Source: an uncultured Bacteroidales bacterium
Lineage (GTDB): Bacteria; Bacteroidota; Bacteroidia; Bacteroidales; UBA932
DNA: 64,000 bases
NCBI GenBank assembly: GCA_944325435.1
Contig: CALVAC010000014.1
Coordinates: 10,603-74,602, forward strand
Direction: 5' to 3'
In this document: positions 28,599 to 37,323 of the stretch, piece after piece
Layout: every line of letters begins with the position of its first letter
Numbering within the stretch: position 1 is the stretch's first letter
The notes under the pieces: generated by a model
What the model was told of the DNA's origin: nothing
What the model saw: only the letters and a program-made list of their open reading frames with translations
The model's database searches: none
Program-made: the position numbers and the translations under genes

Positions 28599-29297
28599 CT
28601 ATCCGGATGTCAGTTTCAGGAACTGGCGGGGAATGCCTGTGTCGAATGTCAGTGTCTCGCCGGTGTACGGATGTCTGAATGAAAGGATTCTGGCGTGGAG
28701 TGCGAGACGGCGGATAGGGTTTGTCCGGGCTCCGTATTTCCTGTCTCCGGCTACGGGATGGCCGATGTCTGCGGCATGTACCCGTATCTGGTTCTTCCGA
28801 CCGGTCTCCAGTTCGAATTCCACCAGGGCATAGTCTTCTGCAGGGCGGATGACCCTGTAGTGTGTGACCGAATATTTCCCTCCGTTGTCCGTCATACTGG
28901 ATGACACTTTCATCGACTTGGGATTGTCCCTGAGGTAGCTCGCGATGGTGCCTTCCTGTCTGGCCGGTGTGCCTTCAAGGACAGCTACATATTTACGCTC
29001 CAGGACGATTTCATTCCAATCTTCCTGGAGCGCATACTTTGTTTCAGGGTCTTTTGCGAAGACTATGACTCCTGATGTGTCCCTGTCGAGCCGGTGTACA
29101 ATGAAAATCCGCCTCCTTTCTTCCTGTTTCCGGTCTCTGTATCCTCTGCCGGAACGTACATAATCCGTAAGGATTGAATAGGCTGTAATCTCACCTTCCC
29201 GTCCTGTGGACATCGTCAGCAGGCCGCCTGGCTTGTCTGCGACAATGATGCTGCCGTCTTCATACAGCATCTCCAGTCCGTTGCGGCCTTTTCTCAT
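28599..29297 (-). CDS. RluA family pseudouridine synthase
   Basis: DKPGGL, HRLDRDTSG (catalytic Asp), LETGRKNQIRVH, GDRKYG. Confidence 0.93.
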   Translation of the reverse strand: MRKGRNGLEMLYEDGSIIVADKPGGLLTMSTGREGEITAYSILTDYVRSGRGYRDRKQEERRRIFIVHRLDRDTSGVIVFAKDPETKYALQEDWNEIVLERKYVAVLEGTPARQEGTIASYLRDNPKSMKVSSSMTDNGGKYSVTHYRVIRPAEDYALVEFELETGRKNQIRVHAADIGHPVAGDRKYGARTNPIRRLALHARILSFRHPYTGETLTFDTGIPRQFLKLTSG

Positions 29298-29300
29298 ATA

Positions 29301-29591
29301 TCAGATTGCTTTTTTCTCCTTTGCTCTCACCAGCTTGTCCTTGAGGATGTCCACGCAGTCCACCAGCGCGTCTTCGAATCTTCTGGCGTTCCTTTCGATC
29401 ACGATGTCGTTGCCCGGAATGCGGACATGAACCTTGACATTCTTGTTCTCGTGGTCTGCAAGGAGGGACATCGTCACTTCGACATCAGTGATTCCGTCAT
29501 AGAACTTTGGTAATTTAGATAATTTCTTCTCCACGAAATCCAACAGTTTCTGATCAGCGTTGAACTTGATCGATTGTACTCTAATCTCCAT
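29301..29591 (-). CDS. hpf: Ribosome hibernation promoting factor (RaiA/HPF)
   Basis: MEIRVQSIKFNADQKLLDFVEKKLSKLPKFYDGI...FEDALVDCVD.LK.KL; 96 aa. Confidence 0.92.
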   Translation of the reverse strand: MEIRVQSIKFNADQKLLDFVEKKLSKLPKFYDGITDVEVTMSLLADHENKNVKVHVRIPGNDIVIERNARRFEDALVDCVDILKDKLVRAKEKKAI

Positions 29592-30585
29592 TTTTACCTC
29601 CGTTTTTTCTTGCCCTCGGATGGGCTGATTCATAAACTTTCTTCAGCCGGCTGATGGAATTGTGGGTGTACACCTGGGTTGCCGCAAGCGAGGAGTGTCC
29701 GAGCATTTCCTTGATAGCATTCAGGTCGGCTCCTTCGTCCAGCAGCTCGGTCGCGAGCGTGTGCCTGAGAACATGCGGAGACTTTTTTCCTGTCATGCTT
29801 TCCACTCCCGAGAACTCCCGCTTTATCAGCCTGTCGACATATTCGGGGTAGAGCACTCTGCCGCTGAATGTGACGAAAAGCGGAGATCCTGGCGTGCGGT
29901 CCTCACTCACCATCAGTCCAACTGACTGTAAATATAATGCAATTTCTTTTAATAATGAAGGGACGAGTGGAATTTCTCTCATTTTGTCTCCCTTGCCTCT
30001 TACGCACATCGTATGTCTGCTGAAATCGATGTCCCGGACATGCAGGCCGATGAGTTCGGCGCGGCGGATGCCGGTTGTGTAGAGGGTCATAATGACGGCT
30101 CTGGACAGACGCTTTTCATACAGCCTCCTGGTCTGTTTCCTGTCGGGGGAGACATACAGGGATTCTGCGGAGGCATAGTATTCAGTCTCGGCAAGATACC
30201 TGTCGATGGATTCCTTGCGGTAGAATTCCGGAAGCCGTTTTTCGACCTTGGGTCGTGCCACGGCTTTTGCCGGATTGGATTTTATATAGCCGTTCTTGAG
30301 CAGGTACCGGCAGAATCCGCTCAGGGCGGATATGTGCAGATTCACTGTCCTGGGACTCATCCTACGGGTCTCGAGCAGAAAGACTTCATAACTCCTGACA
30401 ATGGATGGAGTGAGGCTTTCCAGGAAACCGTCCCCGTTTCCGGCGGAGATGCGTTTCCTTTCCTCATCTTCCGGATACAGGAACGACAGGAAGATTTCCA
30501 GGGATTCCCGGTAGATGTCACATGTTCTGGAAGAGTATCTCCTGACAGAGGAGATGTATTCTATGTAGCCATCTATGTATTCCAT
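29581..30585 (-). CDS. xerC: Tyrosine recombinase XerC
   Basis: GIRRAE, RGKGDK, HVLRH, LGH, TQVYTH (full catalytic set); adjacent to hpf as in other Bacteroidota. Confidence 0.88.
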   Translation of the reverse strand: MEYIDGYIEYISSVRRYSSRTCDIYRESLEIFLSFLYPEDEERKRISAGNGDGFLESLTPSIVRSYEVFLLETRRMSPRTVNLHISALSGFCRYLLKNGYIKSNPAKAVARPKVEKRLPEFYRKESIDRYLAETEYYASAESLYVSPDRKQTRRLYEKRLSRAVIMTLYTTGIRRAELIGLHVRDIDFSRHTMCVRGKGDKMREIPLVPSLLKEIALYLQSVGLMVSEDRTPGSPLFVTFSGRVLYPEYVDRLIKREFSGVESMTGKKSPHVLRHTLATELLDEGADLNAIKEMLGHSSLAATQVYTHNSISRLKKVYESAHPRARKNGGKNGD

Positions 30586-30589
30586 ACCT

Positions 30590-32155
30590 TTATACGGATG
30601 CCCTTCCGTCGCTTCCATATGACGGTTGTCTTTCAGGCTCTTCATCCGGATGACAGCCCGGAGCCGGATGCAATCCCATAGCGGCGGCCTGTTTTCTCAT
30701 GTAGGCATCGGCAGACCGGAAGTCATTCTCTATCACTCCATCCAGAATGGCGTTCTTGACGGCTTCTTTGAGTATTCCGATTTCCCTGCCGGGACCGATT
30801 CCGAATGTCTCCATTATATATTCGCCTGTGACAGGGTTCTTCCAGTTGCGCAGGGCATCCTTCTCTTCCACCTCATCCATTTTCCTCCGCACGAGTTCGA
30901 AATTGTGTCTGAGCCTCTCGACCTTTCTGGGATTCTTGGATGTGATGTCTGCATTGCACAGGAGCATCAGGTCATCTAAGTCGTTCCCGGCATCGAAGAG
31001 CAGTCTGCGCACGGCAGAGTCAGTCACTTCATCCGTGACAAGAGCAATAGGCCTCAGGTGCAGGCTGACAAGTTTCTGGACATATTTCATCTTCTCATTG
31101 AGAGGAAGCTTGAGCCTCTGGAACAGTTTCGGGATCATCCTGGCCCCGACTGTTTCGTGTCCGTGGAACGTCCATCCGGCCTGCGGGTCATATCTTTTGG
31201 TGGCAGGCTTGCCTATGTCGTGAAGCAGGGCTGCCCATCTCAGCCACAGGTCAGGTTCCGTCCTTGTACGGCTTGTCTCCGTGCCATCCTCGAAATAGTA
31301 GTCCTTGAGCTTCCCTGCGGCAATGGCCTCCTTCTCGAATGCGGCGGTATTGTCGAGCACTTCCAGGGTGTGGGAGAAATTTTCCTTGTGGCCTTTGCCT
31401 TCCACTGTCTCCACTCCTTTCAGCCGAGTCAGCTGTGGAAGTATGTATTCCAGCAGACCTGTCTCATCCAGCAGTCTGAACCCCGTGGATGGATGGTCGC
31501 ACACAAGTATCTTGTTCAGTTCTTCTACAATCCTTTCCATCGAGAGGATAGAGATCCTTTCCCTGTTTCTCCTGATGGATTCGAGAGATTCCGGGACGAT
31601 GGTGAAAGGCCTGTCAGGGGTGCTCAGTCTGGTGGCGAACCTGATTGCCCTGATCATCCGGAGAGGATCGTCGCTGTATGTGGTGTCCGGATCGAGCGGA
31701 GTGCGGATTATTCCCATATCGAGGTCCCGGATTCCTCCGAACGGATCCACGAGCTCTCCATAGTCTTCTTTCTGGAGGCTGAATGCCATAGCGTTGATGG
31801 TGAAGTCCCTTCTCAGCTGGTCGTCTTCGAGGGTGCCATCCTCTACTATGGGCTTTCGGGAGTTTCTCCTGTATGACTCTTTCCGTGCACCGACAAATTC
31901 TATCTCCATCCCGTGGTACCGGAGCATTGCTGTACCGAAATTCCTGAATACGGAGACCTGGCTGTGGACGGCCTCCCCGACCTTCTGGGCGAGTTCGATG
32001 CCGCTGCCTTCCACGACGATGTCGATGTCCTTGCTCGGACGTCCGAGAAAACAGTCCCGTACATACCCTCCTATGACAAAAGCTCTGACACCGCTTCTTC
32101 CGGCAGTGTCAGAGACTATCCTGAATATCGGATGTTCAAGAACACCTTCTACCAT
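30590..32155 (-). CDS. cca: CCA tRNA nucleotidyltransferase (HD-domain type)
   Basis: GGYVRD, DIDIV, GARKESY, RRDFTINA, DDPLRMIRAIRF, LLHDIGK. Confidence 0.92.
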   Translation of the reverse strand: MVEGVLEHPIFRIVSDTAGRSGVRAFVIGGYVRDCFLGRPSKDIDIVVEGSGIELAQKVGEAVHSQVSVFRNFGTAMLRYHGMEIEFVGARKESYRRNSRKPIVEDGTLEDDQLRRDFTINAMAFSLQKEDYGELVDPFGGIRDLDMGIIRTPLDPDTTYSDDPLRMIRAIRFATRLSTPDRPFTIVPESLESIRRNRERISILSMERIVEELNKILVCDHPSTGFRLLDETGLLEYILPQLTRLKGVETVEGKGHKENFSHTLEVLDNTAAFEKEAIAAGKLKDYYFEDGTETSRTRTEPDLWLRWAALLHDIGKPATKRYDPQAGWTFHGHETVGARMIPKLFQRLKLPLNEKMKYVQKLVSLHLRPIALVTDEVTDSAVRRLLFDAGNDLDDLMLLCNADITSKNPRKVERLRHNFELVRRKMDEVEEKDALRNWKNPVTGEYIMETFGIGPGREIGILKEAVKNAILDGVIENDFRSADAYMRKQAAAMGLHPAPGCHPDEEPERQPSYGSDGRASV

Positions 32156-32178
32156 ATAGCAATGTGATTAGGGATTTC

Positions 32179-34746
32179 CTATTCTGCCTTGCCAGTAGCC
32201 TGTCTGATCTCGAAAGCCAGATAGGAATAGTGGTCCTTCATCTCCCTGTTCCCTGATTTCGCTCTCTTTTCAAGAAGAGTCTGTATCTCGGAAAGAAGTC
32301 CGAAACAAGCCTCCTTGTTGCTTATCGATGCATCCGTCTCTTTCCTCACGTACGCAAGTTCCCTGGATGCCTGTCCGCTGTCCATATCCATCATATCGCA
32401 TGGCAATCCAGGTAGACCGGCCGGCAGTCCTTCCCCTGCAAACGATCTTGATGAACCCTGCCTGTCGAGAAGGTCAAGGTCGGAGAACAGTCCGTACACG
32501 AATGCATATTCCATATTCATGTCAGCCCTGGTGAGTTTCTTGCCTTTCAGGCTTTTCTCGAAGACAAGGCTGTAGAGGTCATGGAGATATTCCTGCTGTG
32601 TATATGGGTCTCCGGATCTCTGGGCTGTGGTGGCTACCTTGCGGCTGAAATCCAGAAGCCTCCTGACATATCCTGCCTGGTAGTCATAGATGCCGGGACT
32701 TCCCGTACCGAAATATCTTATGGTATTCTCATCCGCCATCCATTCCGGAAGTTCGTAAAGACTTTCGATAATGAACGCGAGGGCCTCTTTCTGCTTCGCC
32801 TTGTCTACCGGAATGAATGAGGTCGTCTTTCCGTCCCCGTATGCCGGGTATTCCAGATAGTTGCCTCCGATATACCTCGCGGCATGGCCCATATAGCGGT
32901 TGAACTGGTTGAGCACCTCGTTGTACATTTCCTCCGTATAGGAGTAGTCCTCTCCCTTCCTGGCTGTCCACTCTATCAGGTTGTCCATTATGATCTTCAG
33001 GTTGCTGATACCGTACCTTCCGGCCTTGACCGCATCATCCCCGAGGGATTCGGACTGGGATGCCGGATCGATGGCGGTGAATATCTCCTGCCTGCCGTAT
33101 CTGTACATCGGGTCGCTCACCTTTGCCCTGATGAGGGAGTCGAGGAAAGGCTTCTCATCTTCAGGTGTCTTCGCTCCTGCGACAGGCCTGTAGCCCCATT
33201 CTATGGCGTAGTAGTCATAAGGGCCGAGACGCGGAGGCAGCAGCCATTTGACACCGTCTCCCGGCTGTGCAACATAATTGTATCTTGCATAGTCCATTAC
33301 GGATGCCGTAGTGCCGTAGACATCTGTGAATGTCCGTGACCTGAGGGAATCCACCGGATATGCGTAGGAACTGCGCATGTTGTGCATCAGCCCGAGGGTA
33401 TGTCCTACCTCGTGCACCACAAGATACCTCAGGAGCGGCCCCATCGTGTCCATATCATACACTTCTTTCCTCGCTGCGGGGTCTACTGTCGCGGTCTGGA
33501 TGAATCTCCAGTTGTGCAGGAGCTTCAGCACATCGTGGTAGAAATAGACAGATGCCTGTATGATCTCGCCCGAACGCGGATCGGTCCACGATGGTCCCAT
33601 GGCGTTGGCGATGTCGGTGGAGGCATAGCGCAGACAAGAGTACCTTATGTCATCCGGGTTGAAGTCAGGATCGTCCTCCGGATAGTCCCTGGCCACTATC
33701 GCGTTCTTGAATCCGATCTTCTCGAACGCTTTCTGCCAGTCTTCTATCCCTTCCTTCAGATAAGGTCTCCATTTGTCCGGGAATGCATCGTCTATATAGA
33801 ACACTATCGGCTTTTCCGGTTCGACAAGTTCACCTGCCAGGTATCTGTCCACGTCTTCCGCTTTCGGCCTGATATCCCATCTGTTGATGTATCCGACCTC
33901 CTGCAGTCCGTCCCTGCTGTCCGAATATACGGTGTGCCTGTCTGTGAAATACCCTATCCTGTAGTCCGACAGCCTCGGCATGACAGGCTCATCCGGCAGT
34001 CTTATCATGGAGACTGTCATGACGGCTGTGAATGGCTTTGATGATACTGTATAGACCATCCTTGTCCTGAACAAGATGTTCTTCGGGAATGCCTTGAAAT
34101 CGAGTATCCCGGACATGTCCTGCTTGAAGGACCCCTTGTTGCCCTTTGCCCCGAGCAGCACCTCCAGAGCGGATGGTTCCGAGAACGGTGACATATAGCT
34201 TTCGTCCGCGCAGAAGAACTTGCTCACATCTATCACAACGGCTGTTGAGTCCGGATTGAAAGTCTTGATAGGGAATGCCTTCATCACCGGTTTCATATAG
34301 TTGAGTTCAAATCCTTTGCGTAGGCTTCCCGTGGCGCTGTACCCTGCCTGTCTGGATGCATCCAGAAGATAGACCTTCTCATCATCCATGCTCCATTCGA
34401 CAAGCAGCGGATTGCCGGGCATCTGTCCCGCGATTGCATCCTTGTTGTCGCTTATCGCGGATACCCTGGATGCAAGGAGCATCGGTTTCCCCATAAGAGA
34501 ATCGGGGATTTCGAGATAATATGTGGATTTGACCTTGTGTATGGTCATGAACCCTCTGGAGGATTCGGCCTCATCCGTGATGATTGCACTGTAGCCTTTC
34601 TTCAGGCTGTCTTCCGGTGTCCTGAGGGTGTCTGTCTCCGCAACAGCGGTCTTCTCCGGTCCATTCCCGTCTGCCCCCGGCATGGCCTGCATCGAGACGC
34701 AGGTTGCCAGAGCCGTAATGGCGGTCAAAAATAAGATCTTTCCCAT
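32179..34746 (-). CDS. Exported zinc-dependent metalloprotease (metzincin; DUF5117/DUF5118/DUF4953-type)
   Basis: Signal peptide; RIGYF, DPRSGEI, HEVGHTLGLMHN, SVMDY Met-turn, YDYYAIEWGY. Confidence 0.88.
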   Translation of the reverse strand: MGKILFLTAITALATCVSMQAMPGADGNGPEKTAVAETDTLRTPEDSLKKGYSAIITDEAESSRGFMTIHKVKSTYYLEIPDSLMGKPMLLASRVSAISDNKDAIAGQMPGNPLLVEWSMDDEKVYLLDASRQAGYSATGSLRKGFELNYMKPVMKAFPIKTFNPDSTAVVIDVSKFFCADESYMSPFSEPSALEVLLGAKGNKGSFKQDMSGILDFKAFPKNILFRTRMVYTVSSKPFTAVMTVSMIRLPDEPVMPRLSDYRIGYFTDRHTVYSDSRDGLQEVGYINRWDIRPKAEDVDRYLAGELVEPEKPIVFYIDDAFPDKWRPYLKEGIEDWQKAFEKIGFKNAIVARDYPEDDPDFNPDDIRYSCLRYASTDIANAMGPSWTDPRSGEIIQASVYFYHDVLKLLHNWRFIQTATVDPAARKEVYDMDTMGPLLRYLVVHEVGHTLGLMHNMRSSYAYPVDSLRSRTFTDVYGTTASVMDYARYNYVAQPGDGVKWLLPPRLGPYDYYAIEWGYRPVAGAKTPEDEKPFLDSLIRAKVSDPMYRYGRQEIFTAIDPASQSESLGDDAVKAGRYGISNLKIIMDNLIEWTARKGEDYSYTEEMYNEVLNQFNRYMGHAARYIGGNYLEYPAYGDGKTTSFIPVDKAKQKEALAFIIESLYELPEWMADENTIRYFGTGSPGIYDYQAGYVRRLLDFSRKVATTAQRSGDPYTQQEYLHDLYSLVFEKSLKGKKLTRADMNMEYAFVYGLFSDLDLLDRQGSSRSFAGEGLPAGLPGLPCDMMDMDSGQASRELAYVRKETDASISNKEACFGLLSEIQTLLEKRAKSGNREMKDHYSYLAFEIRQATGKAE

Positions 34747-34768
34747 TTGTCGAAAATTTCCTGTGAAT

Positions 34769-35200
34769 TTATTTCAATATGTCCTGATCGTCCTGTTTCA
34801 GCATTTCCTCATATATCGGTGCGCGGTCAAGGAATGCATATCCGTTCCCGTCGGCCCTTTTGCCGCAGATATGTGTGGATTTCCCGTTGGTTATGATTAT
34901 GTATCTGACATTCAAGACCATATTGTACCGGACAGCTTGCCATATCACCTCGCTGTCAAGGGACACATCCGGCCTTTTGCATTCCACTATGGCCAGAGGT
35001 CTCGCCTGCCTGTCGTAGACAAGAATGTCGGTCCTGTATGTCTTCTTCCCGAGATGGAGCGGGCTTTCACTCATCATCAGATGCAGAGGCACATGCATCT
35101 CTGTATTCAGGTATCTTATAAACCACTGCCGCACACTTTCTTCAGGAGTGAGTGCAACATCTTTCTTCCTCAACGGATCCCATATCGTGTTACCGCACAT
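34769..35200 (-). CDS. Stand-alone HsdR N-terminal (PD-(D/E)xK) domain protein
   Basis: DPLRKK.V.LTPEE.VRQ, RTDILVY, IVECK, QAVRYN, TNG. Confidence 0.88.
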   Translation of the reverse strand: MCGNTIWDPLRKKDVALTPEESVRQWFIRYLNTEMHVPLHLMMSESPLHLGKKTYRTDILVYDRQARPLAIVECKRPDVSLDSEVIWQAVRYNMVLNVRYIIITNGKSTHICGKRADGNGYAFLDRAPIYEEMLKQDDQDILK

Positions 35201-35205
35201 AATTA

Positions 35206-35270
35206 CAAAGGTAGCGAAAAAATCCCCTTAAAAAAATTTTTTTGAACGGCTTTTTAAATTACTATCTTTG
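35206..35270. promoter_or_regulatory. Divergent -7 boxes for the HsdR_N gene and holA
   Basis: TACCTTTG on - (35206-35213) and TATCTTTG on + (35263-35270), with TTTG at 35241-35244 as a possible -33 element. Confidence 0.7.
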
Positions 35271-35276
35271 CAGGCC

Positions 35277-36317
35277 ATGGCAAAAGGTTTTGCAGATACG
35301 GATGCGCAATGCCGCAGGATAGTGGAGGATGTCAGAAAAGGCATCTTCTCCCCGGTCTATCTGCTTATGGGGGAGGAGCCCTATTACCCTGACATGGTCT
35401 GCAACGCGATAATTGAAAACGCTCTGGATGAAAGTGAGCGGGACTTCAACCAGACTGTATGCTACGGGATGGATGTAAGTGTGGAAGATGTCATCACTGC
35501 GGCAAGGAGGTATCCAATGTTTGCAGAGCGGCAGCTCGTAGTGGTCAGGGAGGCCCAGAATCTCAAGAAGATCGAGGATCTCGCCATATATTGCGGGCAG
35601 CCCCTGGAATCCACTGTCCTCGTGATATGTATGCACGGCGGTACCGTGGACAGGCGCAAGGCTCTGTACAAGGCTGTCTGCAAGACGGGTACCGTGGTGG
35701 AGTCTTCCGCCCTCAGGGATTACGAGATGCCGAAATGGATAGTGTCTTTCTATGCTTCCAGAGGGCTCCGGATAGAGCCGGAAGCCGCGGCCCTGCTGGC
35801 GGAACATGCCGGTACAGACCTGTCCAAGATTGCAGTCGAGACAGACAAGATGCTCAAGAACCTTCCGGAAGGGGTCACGGGAGTCACTGCCGCCGATGTG
35901 GAGAATAATGTCGGGATCAGCAGACAGTACAGCATTTTCGAGCTTACACGCGAACTGTCGTACAGGAATGCCGCAAAGGCTCTCAAGGTGGCCGCGTATT
36001 GTGCCGCATCGCCCAAATTCTCGATGCCGATGGCTGTCAGCGCGATGTTCACCCATTTCTACAGGATTCTCAAGTATCAGGCTCTGATAATGTCTGTCCC
36101 GAGACCATCGCCTGCAGACAAGGCCAAGGCGCTGCCCGGGGTGAATCCGTATTTCTATAAGGAATATGATACAGCCGTGGTGAACTATCCTCTCAAAAGG
36201 TGTATGGGGGTGATTGCTCTTCTGCGCGAGTATGACTTCAAGGGCAAGGGCGGGAATGCCGGCGAGGCTACCCCGGACCAGATGTTCATAGAACTCGTGG
36301 CAAGGATACTGAACTGA
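35277..36317 (+). CDS. holA: DNA polymerase III subunit delta
   Basis: PVYLLMGEEPYYPD, DFNQTVCYG, ARRYPMFAERQLVVVREAQ, GISRQYSIFEL. Confidence 0.94.
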   Translation: MAKGFADTDAQCRRIVEDVRKGIFSPVYLLMGEEPYYPDMVCNAIIENALDESERDFNQTVCYGMDVSVEDVITAARRYPMFAERQLVVVREAQNLKKIEDLAIYCGQPLESTVLVICMHGGTVDRRKALYKAVCKTGTVVESSALRDYEMPKWIVSFYASRGLRIEPEAAALLAEHAGTDLSKIAVETDKMLKNLPEGVTGVTAADVENNVGISRQYSIFELTRELSYRNAAKALKVAAYCAASPKFSMPMAVSAMFTHFYRILKYQALIMSVPRPSPADKAKALPGVNPYFYKEYDTAVVNYPLKRCMGVIALLREYDFKGKGGNAGEATPDQMFIELVARILN

Positions 36318-36363
36318 CGGCAGGGGATGGATTTGTATGGTTAACTTAGATATTTGTAATGGT

Positions 36364-37290
36364 ATGGGACTGATCCGATGCAAGGAAATCAGCAGGACTT
36401 TCGGGGAGAAGGTGGCCCTGGACAGGGTGTCAATAGATATTCCCGAAGGCAGGATTTTCGGCCTTCTCGGCCCTAACGGAGCCGGAAAGACCACACTTAT
36501 ACGCATAATCAACCGGATAATAATGCCGGATTCCGGAGAAGTGCTGTTCAATGGACGCCCTATCACCCAGCGGGATGTCGAGAAGATAGGCTATCTGCCT
36601 GAGGAGAGGGGGCTTTACCGCAAGATGAAGGTGGGGGAGCAGGCCATGTATTTCGCCAGGCTGAAAGGAATGTCATCGAGGGATGCCATGGCTGAACTCA
36701 GGAAATGGTTCGAGAAGTTCGGGATTCAGAGCTGGTGGAACAGGAAGGTGGAGGAACTCTCTAAGGGTATGGCGCAGAAGGTCCAGTTCATAACTACTGT
36801 CGCGCACAGGCCATCCCTGCTCATCCTTGATGAACCGTTTTCCGGTTTCGACCCGGTGAACGCACAGCTTATCAGGAACGAGATATTGCGGATGAAGGAT
36901 GAAGGGGCTACCATAGTGCTCTCTACCCACAATATGGAATCTGTGGAGGAACTTTGCGACGGGATTGCACTTATCAACCTGTCGAAACTTGTCATTGCCG
37001 GGGGCGTTGATGAGATAAGGCACAAATACGGCAACAATAATGTGGAACTGGTATATACATCAGAGCATCCCGTATCATCTGTCGCGGGACTTTTCGATGT
37101 GCTCTCCGACACCGGTGACAGCGCACGGCATACGGCGGTGCTTTCCCTCTGCAACGGGACCGGTACGACGGCAGTGCTGAGGAGACTTCTGGATGATGGG
37201 GCAGTCGTGAATTCGTTCAAGGAACTTGTGCCGAGGATGAACGACATATTCATCAAGCTTGTCACCGGAGGAGAATATGTAAGCCGGTAG
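36364..37290 (+). CDS. ABC transporter ATP-binding protein (NatA-like)
   Basis: GPNGAGKT, YLPEERGLY, LSKGMAQ, ILDEPFSG. Confidence 0.92.
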   Translation: MGLIRCKEISRTFGEKVALDRVSIDIPEGRIFGLLGPNGAGKTTLIRIINRIIMPDSGEVLFNGRPITQRDVEKIGYLPEERGLYRKMKVGEQAMYFARLKGMSSRDAMAELRKWFEKFGIQSWWNRKVEELSKGMAQKVQFITTVAHRPSLLILDEPFSGFDPVNAQLIRNEILRMKDEGATIVLSTHNMESVEELCDGIALINLSKLVIAGGVDEIRHKYGNNNVELVYTSEHPVSSVAGLFDVLSDTGDSARHTAVLSLCNGTGTTAVLRRLLDDGAVVNSFKELVPRMNDIFIKLVTGGEYVSR

Positions 37291-37323
37291 TCCGGTACAG
37301 AAACAAGAATCAGGAGGAATAAT

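Noticed and set aside
29581-30585. Tyrosine recombinase as the integrase of a mobile element
   Set aside because: Chromosomal XerC features, overlap with hpf, housekeeping neighbours, no att sites or cargo.
34769-35200. Type I restriction-modification system
   Set aside because: Only the N-terminal nuclease domain is present; no helicase, hsdM or hsdS.
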